DNA from: Macrostomum lignano
Taxonomy: Eukaryota
Direction: 5' to 3'
DNA: 64,000 nucleotides
Assembly: GCA_002269645.1 (NCBI GenBank)
Contig: NIVC01000939.1
Coordinates: forward strand, 1-64,000
The position numbers were made by a program, and so were the translations under genes. Below are positions 21,401-34,800 of this stretch, one piece after another. Every line of letters begins with the position of its first letter. The stretch's first letter is position 1. Under the pieces are notes generated by a model. That model was not told the origin of the DNA and did no database searches. It saw nothing but the letters and a program-made list of their open reading frames with translations.

Positions 21401-24400
21401 GGTTCGGCCATACAGCGCATTCAACGGTGAGAATTCTTTTGCTGTTGCCTTTTCACAATCCGAAATGTTCAGATTGAAACTTCCGCTGTTTGGCTTTTTG
21501 TATTTTTTCTCCTGTTTCTTCTGCGAAAGCACTGCTTCCCAGCCAACTGTCTTTGCCTGGCTCCCCCGGCAACTGAGCCGCAAACTTTATCTCTTTAATT
21601 AATAAAACCTCGCCTCAACCGCAGAGTCGGACTCCTACCTGGGCTGCTACTACATCCAGCACGACCCCAGAGCCGCTGACTCGATTATGCCGCCCCACTC
21701 GACAGCAGCCACTCAGAACGAGTCGGCCTGCATCGAGGCCTGCCGCTCCTGGGAAATTCCGTACGCCATGTTCCAGCGAGCGGCCTTCTCGAGTGAGTTG
21801 CAACTATTTTGAGTCACCATCCTCAACAGTCAGTCGACAGGCAGACGCATTCTGTAGGAGAAAGAAAAGCGGATCTAAGTTTGTCGTCACTTGTTCTTCT
21901 ACGAGTACCTCTCAAAAGGATAGAAGAACCCTTTTGTAGAAGGGGTTGTAGCCTAGTGGTCAGAGCGTCGGGCTTACGACTTGAAGGTCAGAGATTCGAT
22001 TCTCGAACCACTCGGAACAGTTTGTGTCCTTGAGAAAGATACTTTGCATCACTTCAATTCACCCAGCTGTAAAATGGGTACTAGCATTAGCGGGGTGTGT
22101 GTAACGACCGCCAGTCCTTGAATTGAAAAGCCGTACCCAGCCTTCAGATACTCTGCGCAATGGCTGCGGCTGAGCTGTCGGTTGCACATCTAGCTAGGGC
22201 AGGTGTTACTCGTGAGTAGTCAAGCAGAGCTGTGATAGAAATTGCGATAGAATCGGGATTCAACAAGGACAACTTGGTGTTCAGTAAAAATAAATTTGGA
22301 ATAGTGACACTCAATTCTATTTAATTTTGTTTAACTTTATGAGTCTGTCCTATTTATTGAAATTTTATAAGCCTCGTAGTGTGCTCGCTGCATGGTTTAC
22401 TAATAACCGGGGCTGGTGGAGTAGCGTCTGAATCGCGAGCCAAAGTGCCCGGGTTCGATTCCGCACACAGCTGCATTAATTTGGGTCCTGCCTGTGTGCC
22501 TTCTGAATTGCTGAAGAGCTAACATGAAGTTTAACCCGTGTTCTCCCGCAGCTCAAAAGCTGACGAGCCTGGCCTACTGCGGCTCCAACAGTTGGTTCTT
22601 CGTCCCGGAGCTCGGCGGCTGCGTGACCATTCACAAGAATCTGAAAGCGAATACGGCTGACGATCTGATAAATTTTAGTCAAAGTAAATTGGAAACGCAG
22701 GCTGAAAAACTCTGCAAAGAAATCGGCGGGTCAGTGTACGTACAAATTGACGACAAAGTTCCGGCATGGCTCGGTAAGCTCAGATTCACACCGAAGGGTA
22801 AACGCGTTTGAGCAGAAACTCTTCATTTAATTATTGGGTTCAGCTTTGGCTGAGATGAAACCACGGTGTGGAGCAAACCTACTAGCCCCTAAACAAAAGC
22901 ATGAGTAAAAATGAGTAAACATGATTAAGCATAAGTAAGCATGAGTAAGCATGAGTAAGCATGAGTAAGCATGAGTAAGCATGAGTAAGCATGATTGAGC
23001 ATGGATTAAGCATAAGTAAGCATAAGTAAGCATAAGTAAGCATGAGTAAGCATGAGTAAGCATAAGTAAGCATGAGTAAGCATGAGTAAGCATAAGTAAG
23101 CATAAGTAAGCATGAGTAAGCATGAGTAAGCATGAGTAAGCATGAGTAAGCATGAGTAAGCATGAGTAAGCATGAGTAAGCATGAGTAAGCATGAGTAAG
23201 CATGAGTAAGCATGAGTAAGCATGAGTAAGCATGAGTAAGCATGAGTAAGCATGAGTAAGCATGATTAAGCATGATTAAGCATGAGTAAGCATGAGTAAG
23301 CATGAGTAAGCATGAGTAAGCATGATTAAGCATGATTAAGCATGAGTAAGCATGATTAAGCATGAGTAAGCATGACTAAGCATGAGTAAGCATGAGTAAG
23401 CATGAGTAAGCTTTGGTGAACATGAGAGAGCATAAGCAAAACTACTTATTGCTGTAACTTACTTAACATCTGTAATCAGAACAAAAACAATTAATGACTG
23501 CATCGAATATTTTGAGGCATTCAAACTTCATTTGCAAATTTTAGGAGCCCTTCACGAGTTCTACCGCGGACCCTGGGCGTATTTGCTGAAAACAGGTAGT
23601 TACGATGTACTTTAAGGATTAAAGATTGGTAACTAAAGTGCATATAACATTTTAAAACCACACGATTTCAGCTGACGATAAGCTCAGTGTATTTTACAGC
23701 GGCTATGGAGACGCCATCAAAACTGTTTCATACGAAAGTTCAGCCAGCAAACACTTCATTCTCGAGAAAGGAATCCTCCAGGTGTACGCACAAGCGCCGA
23801 TGTCGGTAATTTGCTCCAAAGGTAATAACATAACTGTAACTGTACATGGTTCCATCTCTGTTTTTGTTTAGGGGCTAGTAGGTTTGTTCTTTTCGGCCTT
23901 TGGTACTGTACATTCGGACCTTTGGTACTGTACATTCGGACCTTTGGTACTGTACATTCGGACCTTTGGTACTGTACATTCGGACCTTTGGTACTGTACA
24001 TTCGGACCTTTGGTATTGTACATTCGGGCCTTTGGTACTGTACATTCGGGCCTTTGGTACTGTACATTCGGGCCTTTGGTACTGTACATTCGGACCTTTG
24101 GTACTGTACATTCGGACCTTTGGTACTGTACATTCGGACCTTTGGTACTGTACATTCGGACCTTTGGTACTGTACATTCGGACCTTTGGTACTGTACATT
24201 CGGACCTTTGGTACTGTACATTCGGACCTTTGGTACTGTACATTCGGGCCTTTGGTACTGTACATTCGGACCTTTGGTACTGTACATTCGGGCCTTTGGT
24301 ACTGTACATTCGGACCTTTGGTACTGTACATTCGGACCTTTGGTACTGTACATTCGGACCTTTGGTACTGTACATTCGGACCTTTGGTACTGTACATTCG

Positions 24401-27400
24401 GACCTTTGGTACTGTACATTCGGACCTTTGGTACTGTACATTCGGACCTTTGGTACTGTACATTTGGACCTTTGGTACTGTACATTCGGACCTTTGGTAC
24501 TGTACATTCGGACCTTTGGTACTGTACATTCGGACCTTTGGTACTGTACATTCGGACCCTTAGTGTTGTACATTCGGGCCTTTGGTATTTTACATTCGCA
24601 GTAAATAACGCTGTAAATAATCTTAAAACATCTGATATTTTCAGAGGCATCAAACACAAATTCAACAGTTTTCAATGACACGTTGAGTGGTAAGTCAAAG
24701 CTTTAATGACAAATCGAATTCGGATAACATACTGATGGATAAAATAAAAAAATCTGTCATTATTTCATTTGCATGCTTAGCGGGCGGCATCTGCTACTGC
24801 GCCTTGGACTACACGACCTACGGGAAGGCCACCTCCGATGAGGTCTGCTCGACTCCCTGCAACAGCACCAACAGGCCGCAGTGCCAGGACAGCGTGGCTC
24901 GGGTTCACCGCACCTGGAGTGAGCTGTTCCGACACTGTTTTAATCAGGACACAGCCTTACAGAGATTAAGCTTTATAGTCTTATTCCAATGGTATACGGG
25001 TTGAGGTTGTGGGAGTTGCATTGGCGCAACCTGTGGTACTAATGGACCCATAGCCAAAGAGGCGGGAGTTGTATTTAGCTCGATTGCGTGCATATTCCTC
25101 CGATATCCATAAATTTATTAATAATCAGGAACTCACACAATTTTCCCTGACTTTTGCATCGTCGGGCAGTGGGCACGAGAATTTCCCATAGGAGGTCTTC
25201 CCGCGGGAGGTTTTCCAGTCTGAATTTCAAGTCAAATCCAGTTAGACTACTATACTAGACTAGATTAGACTATATATTAGAACTAGTCTAGACTACACTA
25301 TAGACTAGAATATAATAGACTAGAATAGACTATAATAGACTAAAATAGAATACAATAGCCTGGACTGGAATAGACTAGAACTAAACTTGACTAGACTAGA
25401 TTTCAAATCCGACTGGATTTGACTTGAAATTCCGACTGGAAAACCCCTGCGGGAAGACCTCTCACGGGAAAACCCCTGCGGGAAGACCTCTCGCGGAAAG
25501 ACCTCTCGCGGGAAGACCTCTCGCGGGAAGACCTCTCGCGGGAAGACCTCTCGCGGGAAGACCTCTCGCGGGAAGACCTCTCGCGGGAAGACCTCTCGCG
25601 GGAAGACCTCTCGCGGAAGACCTCTCGCGGGAAGACCTCTCGCGGGAAGACCTCTCGCGGGAAGACCTCTCGCGGAAGACCTCTCGCGGGAAGACCTCTC
25701 GCGGGAAGACCTCTCGCGGGAAGACCTCTCGCGGAAGACCTCTCGCGGGAAAACCTCTCGCGGGAAGACCTCTCGCGGGAAAACCTCGGCGGGAGAAATT
25801 CTCATAAGCCCTAAGTAATTGGCCGTCTTGAGCAAAAAATGGCACAACCTCAGACCGCGACTCCCTACGAGAATCCCAAAACAATCTGGTAGGAATCGAG
25901 CGGGAGAACTTTGGTTAGGCTTGGCAGTCTTTCTGCTTCTCACGTTCAACGCAATTCGACTATTTTTTGCAGACCTGGGCTGCTTCAACACTCCAGTTGT
26001 GCATAACGCGAGCCTGGTGTCCGAGCCGCTGCCCCTCTACCGGGTGGGCAGCCAGCTGGTCTTCAACTGCACCCGCGGCTACGAGTTCCTGCCAGAGTCA
26101 GCGGAAAGCAGAACCTACATATGCGATCAGACTGGCAGCTTTTTGTACTTTGCGGACTCCAGTCTCCACTTTCACAGCACCACAGACGCTTGCATCAGTA
26201 AGTTGCAGACATTGGTGCCAGATCTTAACTGGACGTTCAGCGCTGTCTCTAATTTCTCTAATAAGTCTCTAATTGCTTGAGAACGCATACCTACACTGAT
26301 GTGAGCGCAAGCACACAACCTCTCACTACCTGCTAGTCTTAATTCCATGAAATTTGTTTTTTCAGGCCTTCGATGCCCAGCCCTTCAGCTGCCAGCCAAC
26401 GTGAGCATTGATCGCGAGTTCTTTAACAGCCCCATTGAGCCCGAGAGGCTCTACGATGCGGTTCAGTTGAGAGCTGACGCTGGGTTTTACTTCAACAGCA
26501 GCGGAACTCCGTTTTGGACGGTGTCATGTGCGCTAAACGGAACCGAAAACTCAGTGTACTGGACTCCTATATCTAGGCTTGAGCGTAAGTCTTGTATTTG
26601 CCGGCGCATTGCCTTTTCTTGAAGTCGTGATTGTAGCCAAACACTGATCTCCCTATCCTGGCCTTATTTATACATTATGGTTCATTTATACCTTCGTCAC
26701 TAAGATCGCACCCAGGCAATCAGCAATTATAATGTGAGACGCTTAGCGTGAACAATGATTATTCGTTAATAGGCACCAGGTGCAATCAAAGCTTGAGTGA
26801 CCTCGCCGCTATTCCGCTGCTGCAAGTGGCCTCCGGCACTGGCGGCTCCGCTGGTGACGCCGCGGTGCTGAGGTGCGCGAACTCCTCTCAGCATGACTTT
26901 CCGGCCAGCCCAGGCGTGACGGAGCTGCTCGTCCACTGCCTCCCCAACGGCTCCTGGTCCAACGAATGGCAGTGGAGTTCTGGGTGTAGCGGTGAGTAAG
27001 CCATAGCTGGAAGCGAATGGCACCATTTTTATTGCAATTCTGATTTGTCAAGCTGACCTTCTTCGAAGCCATTGTTTCATAACTCGAAAAAGTTGACAAC
27101 AGAGTCGAACAAAAAACTATAGTCTTTCTTTAAAGCATCGGCTTGCGAACTCCGTCCCGAGAGGCCCGAAACTTCATAGTAGCAATTCGGCCCGCTCAAG
27201 TTTTATGTCTCTTCTCTATTCTCTCCCCTCTCCCCTCTTCTCTATTCTCTCTCCTCTCCCCTCTTCTCTATTCTCTCCCCTTTTCTCTCCCCTCTCCCCT
27301 CTTCCCTCTCATCTCCTCTCATTTTCTCTCTCATTTCTTCTCTCAGTCCATTTCTCATCTAATTTCTCCTCTCCTCTCCTCTTCTCTCTCACCTCTCGCC

Positions 27401-28845
27401 TCTCCGATCCTCTCCCCTCTCCCTATTCCTTCTCCTTTCCTCTCTCATCCGGCCGGCAATCAGCCATGAGCTGGATTTTTTACGGTCGTACCCTGCTTTG
27501 AAGCGAAACTTTGAAGTGAAACCAGTTTTTAATCGGTGTCACTTCAACCCTTCAGTGAAGTCCTGCCCTTCCTTGAGCGATTCAACGCCGATCGAGGTGT
27601 ACACCGTGCAGCGGCACAACGACAGTCTGGACTCACTCTACAACCTGACCGAGAGCTCCACAGTTCTACCGTTCTCCAGTCCCATCAGTTCCGCTCCGGT
27701 GTTCACAGAAGTTCAGCTGAACTGCCCCAGCACGCACAGCCTTCCACCTGGCTCTTCGCCAACGATCCAGTGCCTGCCCAACAAGACCTGGTCCGCGTTT
27801 CAGCTTTGCGTCAGTAAGTGCCACAGTGCCAGACTCAGCTCATAATCTGCTAACGCTTTGATGCACATCTATGCAACTTCATAACTTAAATAATAAGCTA
27901 GACGTTAATTCCTATGCGTAGGATATGCTGGCCAACATATTGCAGTAGCTAATGAATCTGATCAGAACCAAGTCCTGTGTAGTTGACGCACAGTTTCAGT
28001 CTCAGAGCGCCACCTCTCCTTATTTGGCATCTGGTTGATTCTGGATGGCATCAGAGCCCTCGCGTGCACGCGCTTCCTTTCCAGGGCTTGCTTGTCCGCT
28101 GCCGCCGGCACCGCCCGCTGCCCACCGCAGCCACTTCCTCAACCAGCCGGCGGACCCGCAGCTGCGACTCTTCGACAGCGTCTTTTACAAGGCCCGCGAA
28201 GGCTCCTACTTCACCGTGATCAACTCCACCTGGTGGCTCAGCACCTGCCTGCTAAATCAGTCCAGCGGCCTGCCGTATTGGACGGAACTGTTCCCTATGG
28301 AGAGTGAGTACCTGAAACCAATTGGCAAAACGGCAGCTTTGTCTCTACCATTCCGACCATTTCCCTACCTTGCATTTACTCCGCAATCACAGCGGGCCAG
28401 TGCGTCCCGGCCATCGAAGAGCTGCACGCCATCCCGAACATCTCGCTGGCCGGAAATTCTAGCGAGATGAACCAGACCATCAGCGTTCGCTGTCAGGACA
28501 CCGCTTTGCAGGAGTTTCTGGAGGCACCGTCCGTTGTTGAGTTTCGCTCCGTTTGCCAGCTTGATGGGCAGTGGAGCAACTTCAGCCAATGGCGATGGGG
28601 ATGCGGCGGTAAGCGTGGGAGAGCTGCAGTGTTGTTACACCTGGCTTAAGGTTCTTGTAGCCTAGTGGGCAGAGCGTCGGACTCACGACTGAAAGGTCGG
28701 GGGTTCGATTCTCGACACACCCAGAAAAATTTGTTGTGTCCTTGAGCAAGACACTCAACTCTGCATTGCTTCAGTTTACCCAGCTGTAAAATGGGTGCCA
28801 GCGTTAGCTGGGGTAACTGACAGCCGTACGCAGCTTTCAGATTAC

Positions 28846-28877
<32 letters not shown>

Positions 28878-31800
28878 GTTATTGCTATTATTGCTATTAC
28901 CTGGTTTGAAGGAGTTCAAGCTTAAATAATGTATTTTGTCGTCTGTGCATTCTAGAAGCTTTTGTCTTTGAAAAGCAGAACATGTAATGCTGCTGTCTTG
29001 AACCGCTCTCTCCATCTAGGCCGAACCTGTGACGTCATGTCCACCCACGAGAGGGTGTACACCATTGCCGCGATAGACGGGAATGCTCAGCTTGCGGGTT
29101 ACCGCAATATCAGCCTCTCTGCGCTCAACCTGACGCTGCCTGCCGCTGCTGAGCACAATGGGAAGCTGCCCATTGGGACTCGCGTGGGCTTCAGCTGCCC
29201 GAAGGGACTCCGGCTGCCCGTTGGGGCTCCGGACTTTGCCGACTGTGGACGGGACAGGACCTGGAGCTCCTACCACCTGTGCCAGCGTGAGTTGCGTGGT
29301 TAGATTTAGAGAAGGGCAGCCGTCAAAATGAGTTTACTACTATACTAAAAATGAGTTGTCTCTATCAAGGGATCTAGGTATGTGATTAATTTTAGAATAA
29401 CGGCTTAACGGATGTTTATGAAACTTGCAGAATTTTTTCCGTGATTGTACATTATGTGTCATGGCTAAAGAATTACTCAACACTAAAAGGATAAAATATT
29501 CGAAAACATGCAGTTTGCAAAGGAGAGACTAGCAATCTCCCCCCCCCTTGGAGAGGCAACAAAGAATGGAATGTAAATTTTTTAATAAACGACATGTTGT
29601 TTTTGACCTAGTACAGTCGCTATTGGTCCTAAGGAAAATGATGTTTAGAGCAAAAAGCACCAGTCTCAGCCAGCCATCTACCCTAAGATATCTGCATCCC
29701 CTGTGAGCTTTGGCATCAAAGCCTCCCTTAAGCCATGGCGTAACCCCAACTCTCCATTTGATCTACCCTTGGCTTGACCTACCAGCAACTTTCAGTTGAC
29801 CCTTGGCATCTCAGCAACCTCCCCCATGAGTCACAGAATTTCAGCATTCCCTTCACGAGTCTTGACATCTCAGAAATTTCCCCAAGAGCCATTAGCATCT
29901 CAGCGATCCCCGTGAGCTTTGGCGTCTCAGCAGTTCACCCAGTAAGACTTGACAGCAGACAGCATTTCTCCCCAAAGAGTCACAGCATTGTAGCAGACCC
30001 CGAGATTTGACATCTCGAAAATTCCCCCATGTGCCTTTTTATGTTTGACTCGACGCTTCTTTCATAATTGACACGACGCTTCATTTATGGCTCACATGAA
30101 ACTTCGTTAATGGTTGACATGACGCTTCATTTATGGCTCACATGAAACTTCGTTAATGGTTGACACGACGCTTCATTTATGGCTCACATGAAACTTCGTT
30201 AATGGTTGACACGACGCTTCATTTATGGCTCACATGAAACTTCGTTAATGGTTGACATGACGCTTCATTTATGGCTCACATGAAACTTCGTTAATGGTTG
30301 ACATGACGCTTCATTTATGGCTCACATGAAACTTCGTTAATGGTTGACATGACGCTTCATTTATGGCTCACATGAAACTTCGTTAATGGTTGACATGACG
30401 CTTCATTTATGGCTCACATGAAACTTCGTTAATGGTTGACACGACGCTCCATTTATGGCTCACATGAAACTTCGTTAATGGTTGACACGACGCTCCATTT
30501 ATGGCTCACATGAAACTTCGTTAATGATTGACATGACGCTTCATTTATGGCTCACATGAAACTTCGTTAATGATTGACATGACGCTTCATTTATGGCTCA
30601 CATGAAACTTCGTTAATGATTGACATGACGCTTCATTTATGGCTCACATGAAACTTCGTTAATGGTTGACACGACGCTCCATTTATGGCTCACATGAAAC
30701 TTCGTTAATGGTTGACACGACGCTCCATTTATGGCTCACATGAAACTTCGTTAATGATTGACATGACGCTTCATTTATGGCTCACATGAAACTTCGTTAA
30801 TGATTGACATGACGCTTCATTTATGGCTCACATGAAACTTCGTTAATGTTTGCAAACTTTACAGCGCTTTCTCAAATTTCGGAAAGTCATTTTACTTCCT
30901 ATGAAAAGTTTATTAAATACTTCAGTGTTAACTTTTCCATCCTCCACCAACAAGAATTGTGTCAGTTCCCTCACTCTAAATTTACTTTGAAGAACCTGAC
31001 CTGGAGACTGCAGTTGTCGCCCACGCAGATTTATCCAGAAATTTAGCGAAATTTTGCAAATTCCGTTAGATAGATTTGTTTTTTTCCTATCCAAACCCAG
31101 GTTAGGCTTCATTATTTGAGCGAAATTCAGATCAGTTTGTGACACACAACTAAGAAATCTGCATACAGCAGCTGCTTTACTTGGGAGAGTTCGCATCCGG
31201 CCTCGGGTTGGTGCGACATGTAAACATTTATCTTGGCAACTGCAAGCTCTGATATTTAACACCGAACCAGCTGGGGTCAACTAAAACTTTTCCCAGCGCG
31301 GCTTGTTTTTAGAGGATGCCACAAAACTGAGGGTCTAGCTTATACTAAAATTAAAAGTAGTCTTCTCAATCTGATATTCTGCTGATAAGCTCTCCGATAT
31401 TTCGTATGTTTCTGTTTTCTAAGCTGACGTCTTCAACAGTTACACAGATTCATTGCGTGAACGGCACTGGGACCCTGCGAAATGCTGCGGCTCGTGAGGG
31501 GAATTGCTGACATGTCAAGTCTCATGAGGAGATTGCTGACATGTCAAGTCTCATGAGGAGATTGCTGAGATGTCAAGTCTCATGAGGGGATTGCTGAGAT
31601 GCCAAGTCTCATGAGGGGATCGCTGAGATGTCAAGTCTCATGAGGAGATTGCTGAGATGTCAAGTCTCATGAGGAGATTGCTGAGATGTCAAGTCTCATG
31701 AGGAGATTGCTGAGATGTCAAGTCTCATGAGGAGATTGCTGAGATGTCAAGTCTCATGAGGAGATTGCTGAGATGTCAAGTCTCATGAGGAGATTGCTGA

Positions 31801-34800
31801 GATGTCAAGTCTCATGAGGAGATTGCTGAGATGTCAAGTCTCATGAGGAGATTGCTGAGATGTCAAGTCTCATGAGGAGATTGCTGAGATGTCAAGTCTC
31901 ATGAGGAGATTGCTGAGATGTCAAGTCTCATGAGGAGATTGCTGAGATGTCAAGTCTCATGAGGAGATTGCTGAGATGTCAAGTCTCATGAGGAGATTGC
32001 TGAGATGTCAAGTCTCACAAGGGGATTGCTGAGATGTCAAGTCCCATGAGGTGATTGCTGAGATGCCAAGTGTCAATTGGGAGTTGTTGGCAGGCCCAGC
32101 ATCAAAGGGAGAGTAAGGGTTAAGCCATAATTTTAAAGGGAGCCTTTGATGCCAAATCTCTAAAGGGCAGATGTTTTTCTGATTAAAACATCATTTTCCC
32201 TAAAACACTAACAATAGTGACAGTACAAGGCCAAAACCTGCATGCAGTTTATTCAAACATTTTTGTTCCTTTCTTGGTTGCCTCCCCAACGGGTGGGGCG
32301 AAGCAGATTGCTAGTCATCTTCTAAAATTAGGTTTGACAGCAATATATTTATTGCTTCGGGGTTGAAAAGGCGGTTCAGAGGAAAAAGGAAAGGGCTACT
32401 CACAATCAGTGGCGGTGCGTAATGCACCTGCAGTTGGCAAAGTGAGGCAAGCCAACACGAATCGACATGCTGTTTACGCAGCCAGGCTGCAAATTTAATC
32501 AAAACAGCGACTTTTAACTCGCAACAAGGCATTGTGTTTCACCCACTTCTCTGCCACAATGCCTGCGCCAATGTTTTCAGAGCAAGCCAGCTAAAAGAAC
32601 AAAAAAACAGATTTACTTTGACGGATGAAAGCATTTTAAACCCTTGCTTGTATTGACTGGAAGGCTGGCAGGCGACAGAGCTACTCAAGAAGAAGGGCGG
32701 GAAAGTACGTTTCTTGGAAAATTTTGGTCTTTTACCGAAAACAGTTTGCGAAGAATGAAGGCTTTCATTTTTTCAGCACAGAAATTGGTAATGCTTTTCA
32801 TTCTTAGTTCTTAGCTGACTGTGTAACAAAAAGTGTAACAAAATGATAAAAATATATTCATCAAACCAGTGAGACTAGCTGCGCTATTTTTGAAGTAGGA
32901 TGTAAAACTGACATAGAATCATAATTTTCCAAAGGAAATGCTCTACGAATATCTATAGAGCTTTTATAGAGCTTCTATAGAGCTCTTATTTATAGAGTTT
33001 GGGGGTTGTAGCCTAGTGGGGGGTTGTAGCCTAGTGGTGGTTGTAGCCTAGTGGGGGGTTGTAGCCTAGTGGGGGTTGTAGTCTAGTGGGGGTTGTAGTC
33101 TAGTGGGGGGTTGTAGCCTAGTGGGGGGTTGTAGCCTAGTGGTGGTTGTAGCCTAGTGGGGGGTTGTAGCCTAGTGGGGGGTTGTAGTCTAGTGGGGGTT
33201 GTAGTCTAGTGGGGGTTGTAGCCTAGTGGGGGGTTGTAGCCTAGTGGTGGTTGTAGCCTAGTGGGGGGTTGTAGCCTAGTGGTGGTTGTAGCCTAGTGGG
33301 GGGTTGTAGCCTAGTGGGGGGTTGTAGTCTAGTGGGGTTGTAGTCTAGTGGGGGGTTGTAGCCTAGTGGGGGGTTGTAGCCTAGTGGGGGTTGTAGTCTA
33401 GTGGGGAGTTGTAGCCTAGTGGGGGTTGTAGCCTAGTGGGAGTTGTAGTCTAGTGGGGGGTTGTAGCCTAGTGGGGGGTTGTAGCCTAGTGGGGGTTGTA
33501 GTCTAGTGGGGGTTGTAGCCTAGTGGGGTTGTAGTCTAGTGGGAGTTGTAGCCTAGTGGGGGGTTGTAGCCTAGTGAGGGTTGTAGTCTAGTGGTGGGTT
33601 GTAGTCTAGTGGGGGGGGTTGTAGCCTAGTGGGGGTTGTAGCCTAGTGGGGGTTGTAGCCTAGTGGGGGGTTGTAGCCTAGTGGTGGTTGTAGCCTAGTG
33701 GGGGGTTGTAGCCTAGTGGGGGGTTGTAGTCTAGTGGGGGTTGTAGTCTAGTGGGGTTGTAGCCTAGTGGGGGGTTGTAGCCTAGTGGTGGTTGTAGCCT
33801 AGTGGGGGTTGTAGCCTAGTGGGGGGTTGTAGTCTAGTGGGGGTTGTAGTCTAGTGGGGGGTTGTAGCCTAGTGGGGGTTGTAGCCTAGTGGTGGTTGTA
33901 GCCTAGTGGGGGGTTGTAGCCTAGTGGTGGTTGTAGCCTAGTGGGGGTTGTAGCCTAGTGGGGGGTTGTAGTCTAGTGGGGGTTGTAGTCTAGTGGGGGG
34001 TTGTAGCCTAGTGGGGGGTTGTAGCCTAGTGGGGGTTGTAGTCTAGTGGGGAGTTGTAGCCTAGTGGGGGGTTGTAGCCTAGTGGGAGTTGTAGTCTAGT
34101 GGGGGTTGTAGCCTAGTGGGGGTTGTAGCCTAGTGGGGGTTGTAGTCTAGTGGGGGGTTGTAGCCTAGTGGGGGTTGTAGTCTAGTGGGGAGTTGTAGCC
34201 TAGTGGGGGGTTGTAGCCTAGTGAGGGTTGTAGTCTAGTGGTGGGTTGTAGTCTAGTGGGGGGGGTTGTAGCCTAGTGGGGGGTTGTAGCCTAGTGGGGG
34301 TTGTAGCCTAGTGGGGGGTTGTAGACTAGTGGGGGGTTGTAGCCTAGTGGGGGTTGTAGCCTAGTGGGTGGTTGTAGCCTAGTGGGGGTTGTAGCCTAGT
34401 GGGGGGTTGTAGCCTAGTGGGGGGTTGTAGCCTAGTGGGGGTTGTAGCGTAGTGGGGTTGTAGCCTATTGGGGGTTGTAGCCTAGTGGTTAGAGCGTCGG
34501 ACTCACGACTTGAAGGTCGGGGGTTTGATTCCCGATCCCACTGGAACAATTTGTGTCCTTGAGCAAGACACTTAATTCTCTGCATTGCTTCAGTTCACCC
34601 AGCTGTAAAATGGGTACCAGCATTAGCTGGGGTAATTGAGGGTGTGTGTAGCGACCCCCCAGTCCTTGGACTGAACAGCCGTACGCAGCCTTTCGATGCG
34701 CCGCGCAATAGCTGCGGCTGAGCTGTCGGCTGCACATCTGGCCCAATTGGGGCAGGTGTAATAAAAAATAGAGCTTTAAGAAAAGCAAGACATACCAAAA

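Larger units (their letters stand above)
29527..32316. mobile_element. Old foldback element with long diverged inverted arms and internal minisatellites
   Basis: GACTAGCAATCT (29527) vs AGATTGCTAGTC (32305-32316); GGAAAATGATGTTT vs AAACATCATTTTCC; TTTGGCATCAAAG vs CTTTGATGCCAAA. Confidence 0.7.

Noticed and set aside
22405-22475. Second tRNA or SINE head (GGGTTCGATTCC), also near 47400
   Set aside because: B-box-like only, with no cloverleaf and no clear shared body between the two.
34470-34545. tRNA gene (also at 21942, 28650, 42778, 56849)
   Set aside because: A and B boxes are present but there is no acceptor-stem pairing, and each continues into a shared SINE body.
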